Shown piece by piece: positions 37,633-47,540 of a stretch of 64,000 nucleotides of DNA; position 1 is the stretch's first letter; every line of letters begins with the position of its first letter. Position numbers and translations under genes: made by a program. Source of the DNA: an uncultured Parcubacteria group bacterium (lineage in GTDB: Bacteria > Patescibacteriota > Patescibacteriia > UBA9934 > CAMTUG01); the NCBI GenBank assembly GCA_947084965.1, contig CAMTUG010000001.1, positions 1,375 through 65,374 on the forward strand, read 5' to 3'. The notes under the pieces were generated by a model, which saw only the letters and a program-made list of their open reading frames with translations, was not told the origin of the DNA and made no database searches.

Positions 37633-39450
37633 TTATACCTCGATGACCACCGGAAGGATCATCGGCCGGCGTTCCGTCTTTTTGAAAAGGAAGGCACCGA
37701 TTTCGTTGCGCAGGTTGTTGCGAAGGTGTTCAGGATCGGATTCGTGTTGATGCGGATCGCTCGAAGCACAGACTTCCTGCACCCGTTTGGTCGTCGCTTC
37801 GATCATATCCTGCTGGACGTTCAAGTGAACGAATCCGCGGCTGATGATCGCTGGCTTGCCAGTCAATTTTCCTGTTTTGTGATCAACTTGCACGACGATA
37901 ATGACCATCCCGTCGTCAGCCAGCGCTTTACGGTCGCGCAAAACGACTTCAGAAACGTCACCGACGCCGAGACCGTCAACGAAGACGTAGTCGGTGGTGA
38001 TCTTTTGGTCAGTCAATTTACCCATCGATTCGCCGGTCTTCGGATCTTTCCAGAATTCCATGATCTGACCGTTGTCGACGACGTAGACGTCTTCCTCTTT
38101 CCACCCCATCGAGTAGGCGATGGAGGCGTTTTCGCGCAACATGAAGTGGTTGCCTTCGATTGGCACGTAATACTTCGGACGGAAGAGAGAAAGCATCAAT
38201 TTAATGTCTTCCTTCATGGCGTGACCACCGGCGTGCACGTCCATCATCTTGTAGTTGATGACGTTGGCACGCTTGCGGTACAAGACGTCCATCAGTTTTT
38301 GCACTGAGGCTTCGTTGCCTGGAACGACGGAAGACGAGAAGATGATCGTGTCGTTTTTGTGGATCTTCACGAAGCGGTGTTCGTCGTGGGCGATGCGGTT
38401 CAAGGCGGCGTACTTTTCGCCCTGGGCCCCGGTGCAGAGGATCAACACCTGATCGTCCGGGTACTTATTGACCTGATCGATCGGGAGGATGTTTTTCTGG
38501 GCCACTTTAATGTAGCCAAGTTCTTTGGCGATCTCGACGTTGGTTTTCATCGAGTAACCGTCCAAGAAGACTTTGCGTCCGTGTTTGTCGCCGATTTCCA
38601 TCAGCAACTTCACACGAGCGAGGAGCGAGGCGAACGTCCCGACGATCACCCGTCCGGTCGCTTTTTCGATGATATGTTCGAGCTCTTGGCCAATCACCGT
38701 TTCGGACTTTTGATGGCCAGGAATCATCGAGTTGGTGGAGTCGCCCATCAGGCACAAGACCCCTTTGCGGCCGACGTCGGCGATCTTCAAGAAGTCCGCT
38801 GGCGGGGAACCGATCGGGTGGAAGTCGAACTTCCAGTCACCGGTGTGACAGATCGTTCCGGCCGGGGTTTCGATGACGATCCCAACCGAATCCGGAATGC
38901 TGTGGTTGATGTGGAAGAAGTGGACTTTGAAGGCACCGAGTTGAAGCGTATCCGTTGCCTTAACAACTTTGACGTTTAACTTGGTCGTTTCAAAATCTTG
39001 CTGGCGTTTCATGATGATCCCAGCGGCGATCGGCAGGGAATAGATCGGTGGGTTACCAATTTTTGGAATGACGTGAGGGATGGCACCGATGTGGTCGTAG
39101 TGACCGTGGGTAATAATTACCCCGCGGACATTTTTTTCCTTGCCTTTCACGTAGGACATGTTGGGGATGATGTAGTCGATCCCTGGCATCCCTTCTTCGG
39201 GGAATTGCAGACCCATGTCGATCAGGATGATGTCGTTTTTGTATTCGATCAGGGTACAGTTGCGGCCGACCTCTTCACAGCCCCCAAGGACCATGACGCG
39301 GACTTTATCGTCCACTGGACGAGAGGCTGGGGCTCCGGCTGGGCGCGGGGCGGCCTGCGGGGCAGGACGGCGCACGAACGGCGGACGACGGTTTCCGCCG
39401 CCGCGTTGGTTCCGTCCACCTTGCGGACGGTTTGGTTTCATTGCTTCCAT
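37633..39450 (-). CDS. rnj: Ribonuclease J (beta-CASP metallo-beta-lactamase) with an Arg/Gly/Pro-rich N-terminal tail
   Basis: HGHYDHIGA, the beta-CASP motifs and a C-terminal domain. I set the start at the ATG of MEAMKPNRPQGGRNQRGGGNRRPP. Confidence 0.85.
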   Translation of the reverse strand: MEAMKPNRPQGGRNQRGGGNRRPPFVRRPAPQAAPRPAGAPASRPVDDKVRVMVLGGCEEVGRNCTLIEYKNDIILIDMGLQFPEEGMPGIDYIIPNMSYVKGKEKNVRGVIITHGHYDHIGAIPHVIPKIGNPPIYSLPIAAGIIMKRQQDFETTKLNVKVVKATDTLQLGAFKVHFFHINHSIPDSVGIVIETPAGTICHTGDWKFDFHPIGSPPADFLKIADVGRKGVLCLMGDSTNSMIPGHQKSETVIGQELEHIIEKATGRVIVGTFASLLARVKLLMEIGDKHGRKVFLDGYSMKTNVEIAKELGYIKVAQKNILPIDQVNKYPDDQVLILCTGAQGEKYAALNRIAHDEHRFVKIHKNDTIIFSSSVVPGNEASVQKLMDVLYRKRANVINYKMMDVHAGGHAMKEDIKLMLSLFRPKYYVPIEGNHFMLRENASIAYSMGWKEEDVYVVDNGQIMEFWKDPKTGESMGKLTDQKITTDYVFVDGLGVGDVSEVVLRDRKALADDGMVIIVVQVDHKTGKLTGKPAIISRGFVHLNVQQDMIEATTKRVQEVCASSDPHQHESDPEHLRNNLRNEIGAFLFKKTERRPMILPVVIEV

Positions 39451-39602
39451 AGCTAAAATGAAAAATAGATAATGTATGTATGAGATAAATTGTGAAAGAT
39501 CGCGATGAGGGTAGAGGGGCGTCACGGACACTTCGAAGGGCTCAAGCTCCTCAAGCCGTTTGAACTGTCAGTGTCCCTCCCTGTTAGACAGAATGCATTC
39601 TG

Positions 39603-39689
39603 TGGTGGGCGGAGGGGGACTCGAACCCCCAAGTCCTTGCGAACACTACGCCCTGAACGTAGCGCGTCTACCAATTTCGCCATCCGCCC
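39603..39689 (-). tRNA. tRNA-Leu(CAG)
   Basis: Type II tRNA with a long variable arm. The D-arm is GGCGAAATTGGTAGACGC and the anticodon loop is TTCAGGG. The 3' CCA is encoded. Confidence 0.9.
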
Positions 39690-39756
39690 CCAAGTCACCA
39701 TCGATCAAGGCCGGAATGTACCATTTCCCAGCCTGATTGTCAATCGTTCCGCCCCT

Positions 39757-41535
39757 CTATTTCAGGACGTACGCAGTTTCTAAATACCAATCAACAACAC
39801 CCGCAAAGCGGTCAGAAGGGTCGGTAATTGACTGGATATCTGCCCCTTGTACGTCTGAAGAGAGGGCGTAGGTGTAGGTCGGTTGATAGAGGAAGAGGGC
39901 GGGAAGATCTTCGATCAGCAGCGCCTGTAGTTCGCGGTATTTGGCCCCGCGTGTCTCAGTGTCGATCGCTGTACGTGCCTCTTCAATCAATGTGTCCACT
40001 TTGCGGTTTTGGTAGAGAGCGATGTTGAGTCCGGGATAGTCGCTCTGCGAGGAATGCCAGAACGGGTAGAGATCTGGATCTCCGTTTGCTAAGAATTCTC
40101 CGGAGAGCAAAATGTCATAAGAGCGCTCACGCAGGACCTCTGATTGCAGGGAGGGAGAGGAGACAACGTTGAGCGTTGTTTCCACCCCAATTAATCCCCA
40201 GGCTTGCTGAATAAATTCGGCCGCGGCGATGAATTCTGGGTGATCAATCGTTGTGAGCGTCAGGGAGAAACGGATCGTTTCGCCCTCTTTTAGTGTCTTG
40301 CCAGCCTCATCGAGAAGGGCGCGCGCGCCATCGACGTCAAAACTCGGTCCTTTGATCGATTCATCATAGCCAACCATCCCGGGCAAGACCGGGGCGTTGA
40401 CCACCCGCGCTGAGTTTGGGAGGACTTCTGCCACCAGGCGCTCTTTTTCAATAGCCATCGAGAGTGCTTGGCGGACCTTTTTTTCCTTCAACACCTCGGC
40501 GTGGACTTCGTTGAAGAAGAGCGCGGTGTATTGTGGAATAGAGGGACGCCAGAGCGTCACATCGCGATCGTTTTCAAAATCGTCTACCCGGTCCGTGGGG
40601 ATGAAGCTCACCCCGTCAACGTTCTTTTTAACGAGAGCATCCATGGCACTTATCGAGTCCGGATAGAATCGGAAGATCAGACGTTCAACGTTTGGTTCTT
40701 TGGCATAGAATTGATCGTTGCGTACAAGCGTATAAGAGTGGACATTGCCCATCTTGTCCTTGCTAAATTTTTCAAACTTGTACGGACCAGAACCGATTGG
40801 CTGCAGGTTTGCTTCAGCCAGCGTAGCGTTTTTTGGTGGGACAAATTCCCAGACATGCGCAGGCATGATTCCGACGGTCAGCGTCGACAAAAACGGGGCG
40901 AACGGCTCGGTTAAGGTGAACTGCACCGTGCGGTCATCCACTTGGGTGACGTCTACCTCTCGGAACGTTGGGTACAGAGGAGAACGGTATTCAGGATTTT
41001 GCAACATGGCAAAGGTGCTGATGACATCGGTCACGGTCACTGGTTCACCGTCATGCCAGCGGACATGTTCGCGCAAGACAAAGGTGTATGTTTTTCCGTC
41101 GTCGCTCACGTCGTACGACTCAGCCAGGTCTGTGGTGAGACCTTCGTTTCCTTGTTTCATCAGCCCGGAATAGATAAGTTTGGTCAGATCACGATCTGCG
41201 TCTGAACGGTTGGCATAAAGTGGATTCACGAATTGCGGCGTACCGATCAACGCTTCGACATATTCCCCTCCCGGCGTAGGGACGAGCGTGGCGTGAAGCG
41301 TAATATAACGGCCCCCGAGAAACAGGACAGAGACAACGATGGCTGAAAGGGCGATGACGCTCACTCGGCGTTCAGTTAACGTGAAGGCGCGGGGAAGATG
41401 TTTCCATTGCGTCCAGCTCGGAAAGGCTCGCTTTTTGGTAACGGAAAAAACCATCCGTTTGGTGAGATCCTGGGTTGTTGGACCTTTACGGAAGTTCTCG
41501 ACCGTCTTTTTGATACGGTGAAAAAGATTTTTCAC
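39757..41535 (-). CDS. ABC transporter substrate-binding protein, family 5 (oligopeptide/nickel type), membrane-anchored
   Basis: An N-terminal TM anchor and SBP_bac_5-like motifs (YTFVLREHVRWHDGEP). No permease or ATPase genes are adjacent. Confidence 0.75.
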   Translation of the reverse strand: MKNLFHRIKKTVENFRKGPTTQDLTKRMVFSVTKKRAFPSWTQWKHLPRAFTLTERRVSVIALSAIVVSVLFLGGRYITLHATLVPTPGGEYVEALIGTPQFVNPLYANRSDADRDLTKLIYSGLMKQGNEGLTTDLAESYDVSDDGKTYTFVLREHVRWHDGEPVTVTDVISTFAMLQNPEYRSPLYPTFREVDVTQVDDRTVQFTLTEPFAPFLSTLTVGIMPAHVWEFVPPKNATLAEANLQPIGSGPYKFEKFSKDKMGNVHSYTLVRNDQFYAKEPNVERLIFRFYPDSISAMDALVKKNVDGVSFIPTDRVDDFENDRDVTLWRPSIPQYTALFFNEVHAEVLKEKKVRQALSMAIEKERLVAEVLPNSARVVNAPVLPGMVGYDESIKGPSFDVDGARALLDEAGKTLKEGETIRFSLTLTTIDHPEFIAAAEFIQQAWGLIGVETTLNVVSSPSLQSEVLRERSYDILLSGEFLANGDPDLYPFWHSSQSDYPGLNIALYQNRKVDTLIEEARTAIDTETRGAKYRELQALLIEDLPALFLYQPTYTYALSSDVQGADIQSITDPSDRFAGVVDWYLETAYVLK

Positions 41536-41548
41536 AGGAACAAACGGT

Positions 41549-41767
41549 TTACACGATCACGTTGGCAAGGGAAACGCCGATGAAAAGAATGGCGAAAATG
41601 ATCGTCAACTGGAAGAGACGTTTTTCTACCCCGCGCTTGGTGCGAAAGACGTTGCCTTCCCCCCCGAAAGCGGCCGAAAGACCGGATCCGCGGGCTTGTA
41701 AAAGAATTGAAACGATCAAGAGAATCGCGAGGGAAAACTGGGCTACGGTGAGAATAGTGTTGATCAT
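41549..41767 (-). CDS. secG: Preprotein translocase subunit SecG
   Basis: 72 aa with two TM helices and a conserved Gly-rich loop (QARGSGLSAAFGG). Confidence 0.8.
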   Translation of the reverse strand: MINTILTVAQFSLAILLIVSILLQARGSGLSAAFGGEGNVFRTKRGVEKRLFQLTIIFAILFIGVSLANVIV

Positions 41768-41934
41768 AGTGCGCTCCGAATGCTACCAAATCAGCCCTTC
41801 TGCGTCAACCGTTTTGCTAAATCACGTGTGCCCCGGCCAGAGACCTTCATGGCGGGTCGTTTTTTCTTCTCGCGGCGACGAAAACGTTTCTCCGCCCTGC
41901 TTATCTCTTTTTCCTCCATAAGGTTTCTTCTTTC

Positions 41935-41968
41935 CTCTAACCTCTAACCTCTAACCTCTAACCTCTTT
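41935..41968 (+). repeat. Heptamer tandem repeat (TAACCTC/AACCTCT), about 4.5 copies
   Basis: CTAACCTCTAACCTCTAACCTCTAACCTCT lies about 35 nt upstream of the ATG at 42001 and directly upstream of a TATACT -10-like hexamer. Confidence 0.8.
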
Positions 41969-42000
41969 CTTCTTTTCAATGATATACTATCAACAGCATT

Positions 42001-42708
42001 ATGTCCCTTCCGCGCACCTCGTTCATCGTTTTGGTTCTGTTCCTCGCCGCCCTCGGCGTGTTTGCTGCTCGTGTCTACTCGTTTTATCACAAAATTGATT
42101 CCGGCACGCTCACGGCGGCAGAGATCCCTGACGTGAGTTACGCAAGCCGTTTATCTACGAGCCAGTTGGCTCAGGCAAGCGCGAGCAATGTCGGTGGGAT
42201 CGATGTGGTTACAACGGACGATCCTTCGATGGGCTCGAAAGATGCCCCACTGACGATCGTCGAGTTTGCGGATTTTGGTTGCCCTTACTCCGAGCAGGTG
42301 AGTCATGTCTTGCGTCGTTTGGCTACGCTGTACCCAGAGACGATTCATTATATCTATCGCGATTTTCCGCTCGCGGATCTTCATCCGGAAGCTGTGCTCG
42401 CTGCCGTGGCCGGCGAATGTGCTGAAGAACAAAAATCTTTTTGGGCCTATCATGACAAACTGTATCAACATCAAGATGCCTTGAGCGAGGAAGATTTGAT
42501 ACGCTATGCAGAAGAGGTCGGGATGGACAAACGTGATTTCCGCACCTGCCTGAATTCTGGCCGCTACACCGATGAAGTCGTAGAAGATATTTCAGATGGC
42601 TCCGCCGCAGGCGTCTACGGCACCCCAACCTTTTTCTTGAACGGGACCCGCGTGGAAGGGGCGATCCCTGACGATGTTTTGACTCAGATTGTCACTGCTT
42701 TCTTATGA
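42001..42708 (+). CDS. DsbA-like thioredoxin-fold protein with a CxxS active-site variant, membrane-anchored
   Basis: An N-terminal TM helix and the motif TIVEFADFGCPYSEQV, which is the DsbA CPxC position reading CPYS. The C-terminus has GTPTFFLNG. Confidence 0.7.
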   Translation: MSLPRTSFIVLVLFLAALGVFAARVYSFYHKIDSGTLTAAEIPDVSYASRLSTSQLAQASASNVGGIDVVTTDDPSMGSKDAPLTIVEFADFGCPYSEQVSHVLRRLATLYPETIHYIYRDFPLADLHPEAVLAAVAGECAEEQKSFWAYHDKLYQHQDALSEEDLIRYAEEVGMDKRDFRTCLNSGRYTDEVVEDISDGSAAGVYGTPTFFLNGTRVEGAIPDDVLTQIVTAFL

Positions 42709-44420
42709 AGATGCGTTTCTTTCTTCTTGTCGTTGTTCTCCTGACTTCGTTTGTTCCACAGCCAGTTGCGGCGGAGTGTACCTGTTACGACACTTCCGGT
42801 AATCCGTATCCGCTTTCAAGTGCGGATAACACCGGAGAGACCGATGAGGAAAATACCGCCGCCTGTGTGGAATTATGCGAAGAGAACTTTTCGGAAAATC
42901 CGGAACTGTTTGATGGTCGGGTCAGCACGGAGTATGCCGATTACTCCGAAGGGGTGACCAAGGCGGCACAACAACAGGTTGACGTGCAGATGGAAACAGC
43001 GGCTCAGAGTTATTATGATGATGGGAGTTGTACCTGTTACTGCGGTCGGGAAAATGTCGGAGCGGCGCAGATTGATGGGAAGTTCACCACGGCCATGGCC
43101 TGCAAAGACAAGTGCGAGGAGACCGGGGATCGCTTTGTTGCCTGCGCCAACTCGGTCGACGAAGCGCCGATCAGTAATCTGCGCTGTTTTACGAGCACCG
43201 AGTGCACGGCGGAGGGGGGATTGTGGTCCGATGATCAGCCGTATGACTGCGACCCGAATGCGCACTACTGTTTTCCCGAACCGGAACCGATTCAACTGTC
43301 GGTCCACCTCGGGGGAACGACGCAAGTTCTTGATATTGGAACGTATATCAACGCCGCCTACACGTACCTTTTAGGTGCGGGGGCGATCGTGGCGATCGTG
43401 ATGGTCATGATCGGCGGGGTGCAGTACATGATCGGTTCGTCCGTCGGTCACGCTGATGCAGCCAAGAAGCGCATCCAAAACGCCGTGATCGGACTGATCC
43501 TCGTGATGGGCGCCTATCTCATTTTGAATACGGTTAATCCTTACCTCGTGCAGTTAAAGTCGATCGAACTTCCCTTGATTAAGTCATCGATTTTTGTGAC
43601 CGGAATTGGATCGTGTGAAGACTTTGCTGCCAAGGGATACAGTTTGACGTCCGCGGATGGCGGGACGGGCTGTGGGGACAAAGGCACGGTGTATCGTTCA
43701 CCATCAGGTCAGCAGGTTGGTTATGAGTGTCGGTACTCATCCTGTGCCGGTTCGGGGACGGCCGGCGCCGCCTGTGCCAACGTGAATGGGGAGTATGAAT
43801 GTATGACCTGTGCCGCTTCGGCAAACCTGATTAAAGAAGGGGTACCGATCACAAGCCAGATGTGTGCTTCGCTGCAACCAGACGTGGTCGATCCGTCTGA
43901 TCCGATGCAACTTCGTTGTGCGTATATCCGCGACGCGGATTTCAATGATGCTATCTATAATCAGATCGGGATCAGCTTGACGAGTATGATTCCGCTTTAT
44001 GGCACTTGGTATGCATTGTCTGGCCAAGCGATTGACGACTCAGTGGCTAATGCAATGGAGGCGATCAATAACGGCACAACCGGTGCCTGTGGGATGATTA
44101 AGATTGACTGTAGTTCGATTACGAGTTGTGCCGATTACGAAGGGGTCGACGTTTTTTTGGGGTATCCAGAAAAGGACGTGGGGGAGCTGGACTCGATTGA
44201 AGGGGTCTTCGAATCTATCTGTCTGGAAAATCCGTGCTCAGAGGATAAGGGAGGCAAGGTACCAAAAACAGATACCTGCCAAGTGAGGACAAATGGCGGT
44301 GTGAAATACGCGTTCGGTGTTAGTACCCTTGACTGCTACTCAGCAGAACAGGAGACACGTGATGCTGCCGCGAATGAGGAACGCAACGACGCGATCGGGG
44401 ATGCCTTCTCGGGTTCATAA
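42705..44420 (+). CDS. Cysteine-rich protein (about 31 Cys) with two extracytoplasmic domains and a central pilin-like (TrbC/VirB2-like) TM hairpin
   Basis: Signal peptide. Two copies of the CTCY motif. The central segment is GAIVAIVMVMIGGVQYMIGS...AVIGLILVMGAYLIL. The C-terminal half is dense in Cys. It overlaps the dsbA-like stop by 4 nt. Confidence 0.55.
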   Translation: MKMRFFLLVVVLLTSFVPQPVAAECTCYDTSGNPYPLSSADNTGETDEENTAACVELCEENFSENPELFDGRVSTEYADYSEGVTKAAQQQVDVQMETAAQSYYDDGSCTCYCGRENVGAAQIDGKFTTAMACKDKCEETGDRFVACANSVDEAPISNLRCFTSTECTAEGGLWSDDQPYDCDPNAHYCFPEPEPIQLSVHLGGTTQVLDIGTYINAAYTYLLGAGAIVAIVMVMIGGVQYMIGSSVGHADAAKKRIQNAVIGLILVMGAYLILNTVNPYLVQLKSIELPLIKSSIFVTGIGSCEDFAAKGYSLTSADGGTGCGDKGTVYRSPSGQQVGYECRYSSCAGSGTAGAACANVNGEYECMTCAASANLIKEGVPITSQMCASLQPDVVDPSDPMQLRCAYIRDADFNDAIYNQIGISLTSMIPLYGTWYALSGQAIDDSVANAMEAINNGTTGACGMIKIDCSSITSCADYEGVDVFLGYPEKDVGELDSIEGVFESICLENPCSEDKGGKVPKTDTCQVRTNGGVKYAFGVSTLDCYSAEQETRDAAANEERNDAIGDAFSGS

Positions 44421-44435
44421 TTAACCCTCTTGCTC

Positions 44436-44464
44436 TTGCCATCCCACAAAATACGTGTTATCCT
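44436..44464 (+). promoter_or_regulatory. Putative uvrA promoter TTGCCA-N17-TATCCT
   Basis: Correct spacing. A GCGCAATTGAGCGC near-palindrome lies between it and the start codon. Confidence 0.4.
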
Positions 44465-44504
44465 CTTTCGCACTTTGCGCAATTGAGCGCTGTGACGACA
44501 GACT

Positions 44505-47357
44505 ATGGCACGAGCAGGCAAAATGAATGGCACGTTTTCCAAAGATACCCTCCGCGTACGTGGGGCCAGGGTGCACAATTTAAAAAACGTTTCGATCGAC
44601 ATTCCTAAAGACGCCTTTGTCGTGATCACGGGGTTATCCGGTTCTGGCAAGTCGTCTTTGGCTTTTGATACGATCCACGCTGAAGGCCAGCGTCGTTATG
44701 TCGGTTCACTTTCTTCGTACGCTGCCCAGTTCCTGGACTTACAAGACAAGCCAGATGTGGACGCGATTGAAGGGTTATCGCCAACGATCGCCATTGATCA
44801 GAAGTCCTCTTCGCACAATCCGCGCTCGACGGTCGGAACGATGACCGAGATTTATGATCTGCTGCGCGTGTTGTTTGCGCGCGCCGGGGTGCCACACTGT
44901 CCAGAGTGCGGCAGCCGTGTCGTCGAACAGACGGTCGAGGAAATGGCCAATCAAGTTTTGTCGATGCTCACGACGTCCACGATCCAACTGTTCGCGCCGG
45001 TCATTCGCGAACAAAAAGGGGAACACAAGCACGCGTTGTTGTCCGCGCAGGACGCCGGTTACAAACACATTCGTTACGACGGCTTGCTGATGGATATCGA
45101 CGAATCGATCGCCATGCGCAAAGACAAGACCAAGGTGCACTCGATCGACGTCTTGATCGCTGAATTCGGCGAAGGCGAGCAGGTCGCCAAACCGTTTTTG
45201 ATCGAGCGGTTGAAAAAGGCGCTCGATCTGGGCAATGACCTTGTCTTGATCGTCCGTGAAGACAACGGCGACGAGCTGCTTCTGTCGCAATCGTTTTCCT
45301 GTCCGACCTGCAAAATCAATTTACCAAAACCGGATCCGCGCCTGTTCAGTTTCAACTCGCCGTCTGGCGCTTGTCAGGAGTGTACCGGCCTCGGGATGAA
45401 GCTCGTTTTAGAACCGGACTTGGTGATCCCTAACCCGCGTCTGACCTTTGCCGAAGGGGCGGTCAAACCGTGGACACGGATCGCGGGGAATCAATCCGGC
45501 TACTTGAAGTTGATCGAAGCGGTCGGGAAGAAGCATAAGTTTTCGGTGCATACGCCGGTCGAAAAGATCGGGGAGGCGAAGCTGAACGTTATTCTCGAAG
45601 GAACGGGTGAGGATACGTATGTGGTCGACGGCATGACTGTGACCTTCCCAGGGATTCTCGCCCAACTTGAACAAAAGTATCGCGAGACCGACTCGGATTA
45701 CGTGCGTAAAGAACTTGAAGGGTATATGCGCACCCTTGTCTGTCCGTCCTGTCATGGTCAGCGTTTGCGCAAAGAACTGCTTTCGATCACGATCGCCGGC
45801 AAGTCGATCGCGGACGTCGTCGGAAGTCCGATCGACGAGGTTGCCGAATTTTTTGTCGCTCTGCAAAAGCACAAGGACGTCAATGCGGAACAGAAGTTAG
45901 TTTTAGATCGCGTACAGAAAGAAGCCAACATTCGCGTCGGTCACCTGATCGATGTCGGTCTTGGCTATTTAACGCTCGATCGTTCAGCGATGTCGCTTTC
46001 CGGCGGGGAAGCTCAGCGTGTCCGTCTGGCCACCCAGCTCGGCAGTGGGCTTTCGGGGGTGATGTATATTTTGGACGAGCCGTCGATCGGGTTACACCCA
46101 AGCGACAACGACAAGTTGATCACAACGATTAAAGGGTTGCGCGACTTTGGTAACAGCGTCATCGTTGTCGAACATGACGAGGCGATGATGCTTGCAGCCG
46201 ATCATCTGATCGACATCGGTCCTGGCGCCGGTTTGTACGGTGGGGAGCTCGTGGCCCAAGGAACACCAAACGACGTCAAGAAAGATAAGGATTCGTTGAC
46301 GGGCAAGTATCTTTCCGGCAAAAAGTCGATCCCAGTTCCGAAGTCCTATCGCAAAGGATCTGGGAAAAAGATCTCCATTCAGGGCGCGACGGCGTTTAAT
46401 TTGAAAAATATCGATGTCGACGTTCCGCTCGGCAAGCTCGTCTGTGTGACCGGTGTTTCTGGTTCAGGAAAGTCAACACTCATTCTGGATATTCTTTCCA
46501 AGGTGCTGATGAAGCATTTTTATCGCGCCAAAGCGTACCCAGGGGATCACAAAGCGATCAAAGGTTTGGAGAACGTCGATAAAGTGGTGGCGATCGATCA
46601 GTCACCGATCGGGCGCACCCCGCGATCAAACCCAGCAACGTACACCGGAGTCTTCACCTCCATTCGCGATCTGTACACCGATACTCCGGAAGCCAAGATG
46701 CGTGGATTTGATGCTGGGAAGTTTTCCTTCAACGTCAAAGGGGGCGGGCGCTGTGAAGCCTGTGCCGGCGAAGGGCAGCGCCGCATCGAGATGCAGTTTT
46801 TGCCTGACGTCTACGTCGACTGCACCGAGTGTCGTGGTAAACGCTACAATCAGGAGGCGCTCGAAATCCATTGGCACGCCAAGAACATCGCTGACGTTTT
46901 AGAAATGACCGTGGAAGAGGCGAAACGCTTCTTCCAAGGCGAGCCGCTCATCGCTGAGAAGTTGAACGTGCTCTACGATGTCGGTTTGGGTTACTTGAAG
47001 CTCGGCCAGAGCGCGACGACTCTTTCCGGTGGGGAAGCCCAACGCGTAAAACTCGCGGCCGAACTCTCCCGTCGCGCTACCGGCAAGACGCTGTACATTC
47101 TGGATGAACCGACGACCGGCTTACATTTTGAAGATATCAATCGTTTGCTCCTCGTGCTCCACGCCCTGGTCGATAAAGGGAATACCGTTCTCGTCATTGA
47201 GCACAATTTGGACGTGATGAAGTGTTCGGACTGGGTGATCGACATGGGTCCAGGCGGGGGAGCCAAGGGTGGACTTGTCGTTGCTGAAGGGACGCCAAAA
47301 GAGGTCGCTCGTGACAAAAAGAGTGTCACGGGGAAGTATTTGAAAGATGTCCTGTAG
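44505..47357 (+). CDS. uvrA: Excinuclease ABC subunit A
   Basis: Two ABC ATPase modules (GLSGSGKSSL, GVSGSGKSTL), zinc-finger Cys pairs and LSGGEAQR signature motifs. Confidence 0.95.
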   Translation: MARAGKMNGTFSKDTLRVRGARVHNLKNVSIDIPKDAFVVITGLSGSGKSSLAFDTIHAEGQRRYVGSLSSYAAQFLDLQDKPDVDAIEGLSPTIAIDQKSSSHNPRSTVGTMTEIYDLLRVLFARAGVPHCPECGSRVVEQTVEEMANQVLSMLTTSTIQLFAPVIREQKGEHKHALLSAQDAGYKHIRYDGLLMDIDESIAMRKDKTKVHSIDVLIAEFGEGEQVAKPFLIERLKKALDLGNDLVLIVREDNGDELLLSQSFSCPTCKINLPKPDPRLFSFNSPSGACQECTGLGMKLVLEPDLVIPNPRLTFAEGAVKPWTRIAGNQSGYLKLIEAVGKKHKFSVHTPVEKIGEAKLNVILEGTGEDTYVVDGMTVTFPGILAQLEQKYRETDSDYVRKELEGYMRTLVCPSCHGQRLRKELLSITIAGKSIADVVGSPIDEVAEFFVALQKHKDVNAEQKLVLDRVQKEANIRVGHLIDVGLGYLTLDRSAMSLSGGEAQRVRLATQLGSGLSGVMYILDEPSIGLHPSDNDKLITTIKGLRDFGNSVIVVEHDEAMMLAADHLIDIGPGAGLYGGELVAQGTPNDVKKDKDSLTGKYLSGKKSIPVPKSYRKGSGKKISIQGATAFNLKNIDVDVPLGKLVCVTGVSGSGKSTLILDILSKVLMKHFYRAKAYPGDHKAIKGLENVDKVVAIDQSPIGRTPRSNPATYTGVFTSIRDLYTDTPEAKMRGFDAGKFSFNVKGGGRCEACAGEGQRRIEMQFLPDVYVDCTECRGKRYNQEALEIHWHAKNIADVLEMTVEEAKRFFQGEPLIAEKLNVLYDVGLGYLKLGQSATTLSGGEAQRVKLAAELSRRATGKTLYILDEPTTGLHFEDINRLLLVLHALVDKGNTVLVIEHNLDVMKCSDWVIDMGPGGGAKGGLVVAEGTPKEVARDKKSVTGKYLKDVL

Positions 47358-47489
47358 GGGTGAACCCCATACGCTCCGCAGGATCCCGTCACGACATCTT
47401 TTTGGTCATTTAATGTCGTGGATGTGATCCTGTCTCCGCGATGGGGCCTGCTAAATAGCTAAAATTAGCCAATAATCATCGACTGGTTC

Positions 47490-47518
47490 TTGACAAATCA
47501 GTTGATTTTTGCTATCCT
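47490..47518 (+). promoter_or_regulatory. Promoter TTGACA-N17-TATCCT
   Basis: TTGACAAATCAGTTGATTTTTGCTATCCT lies 22 nt upstream of the ATG at 47541. Confidence 0.5.
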
Positions 47519-47540
47519 TGGCCCTTAAACTAATCTCTCT

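Noticed and set aside
44466-44504. The GCGCAATTGAGCGC near-palindrome upstream of uvrA, considered as a possible SOS (LexA/Cheo) box.
   Set aside because: It matches neither the CTGT-N8-ACAG nor the GAAC-N4-GTTC consensus, so it is not callable from sequence alone.
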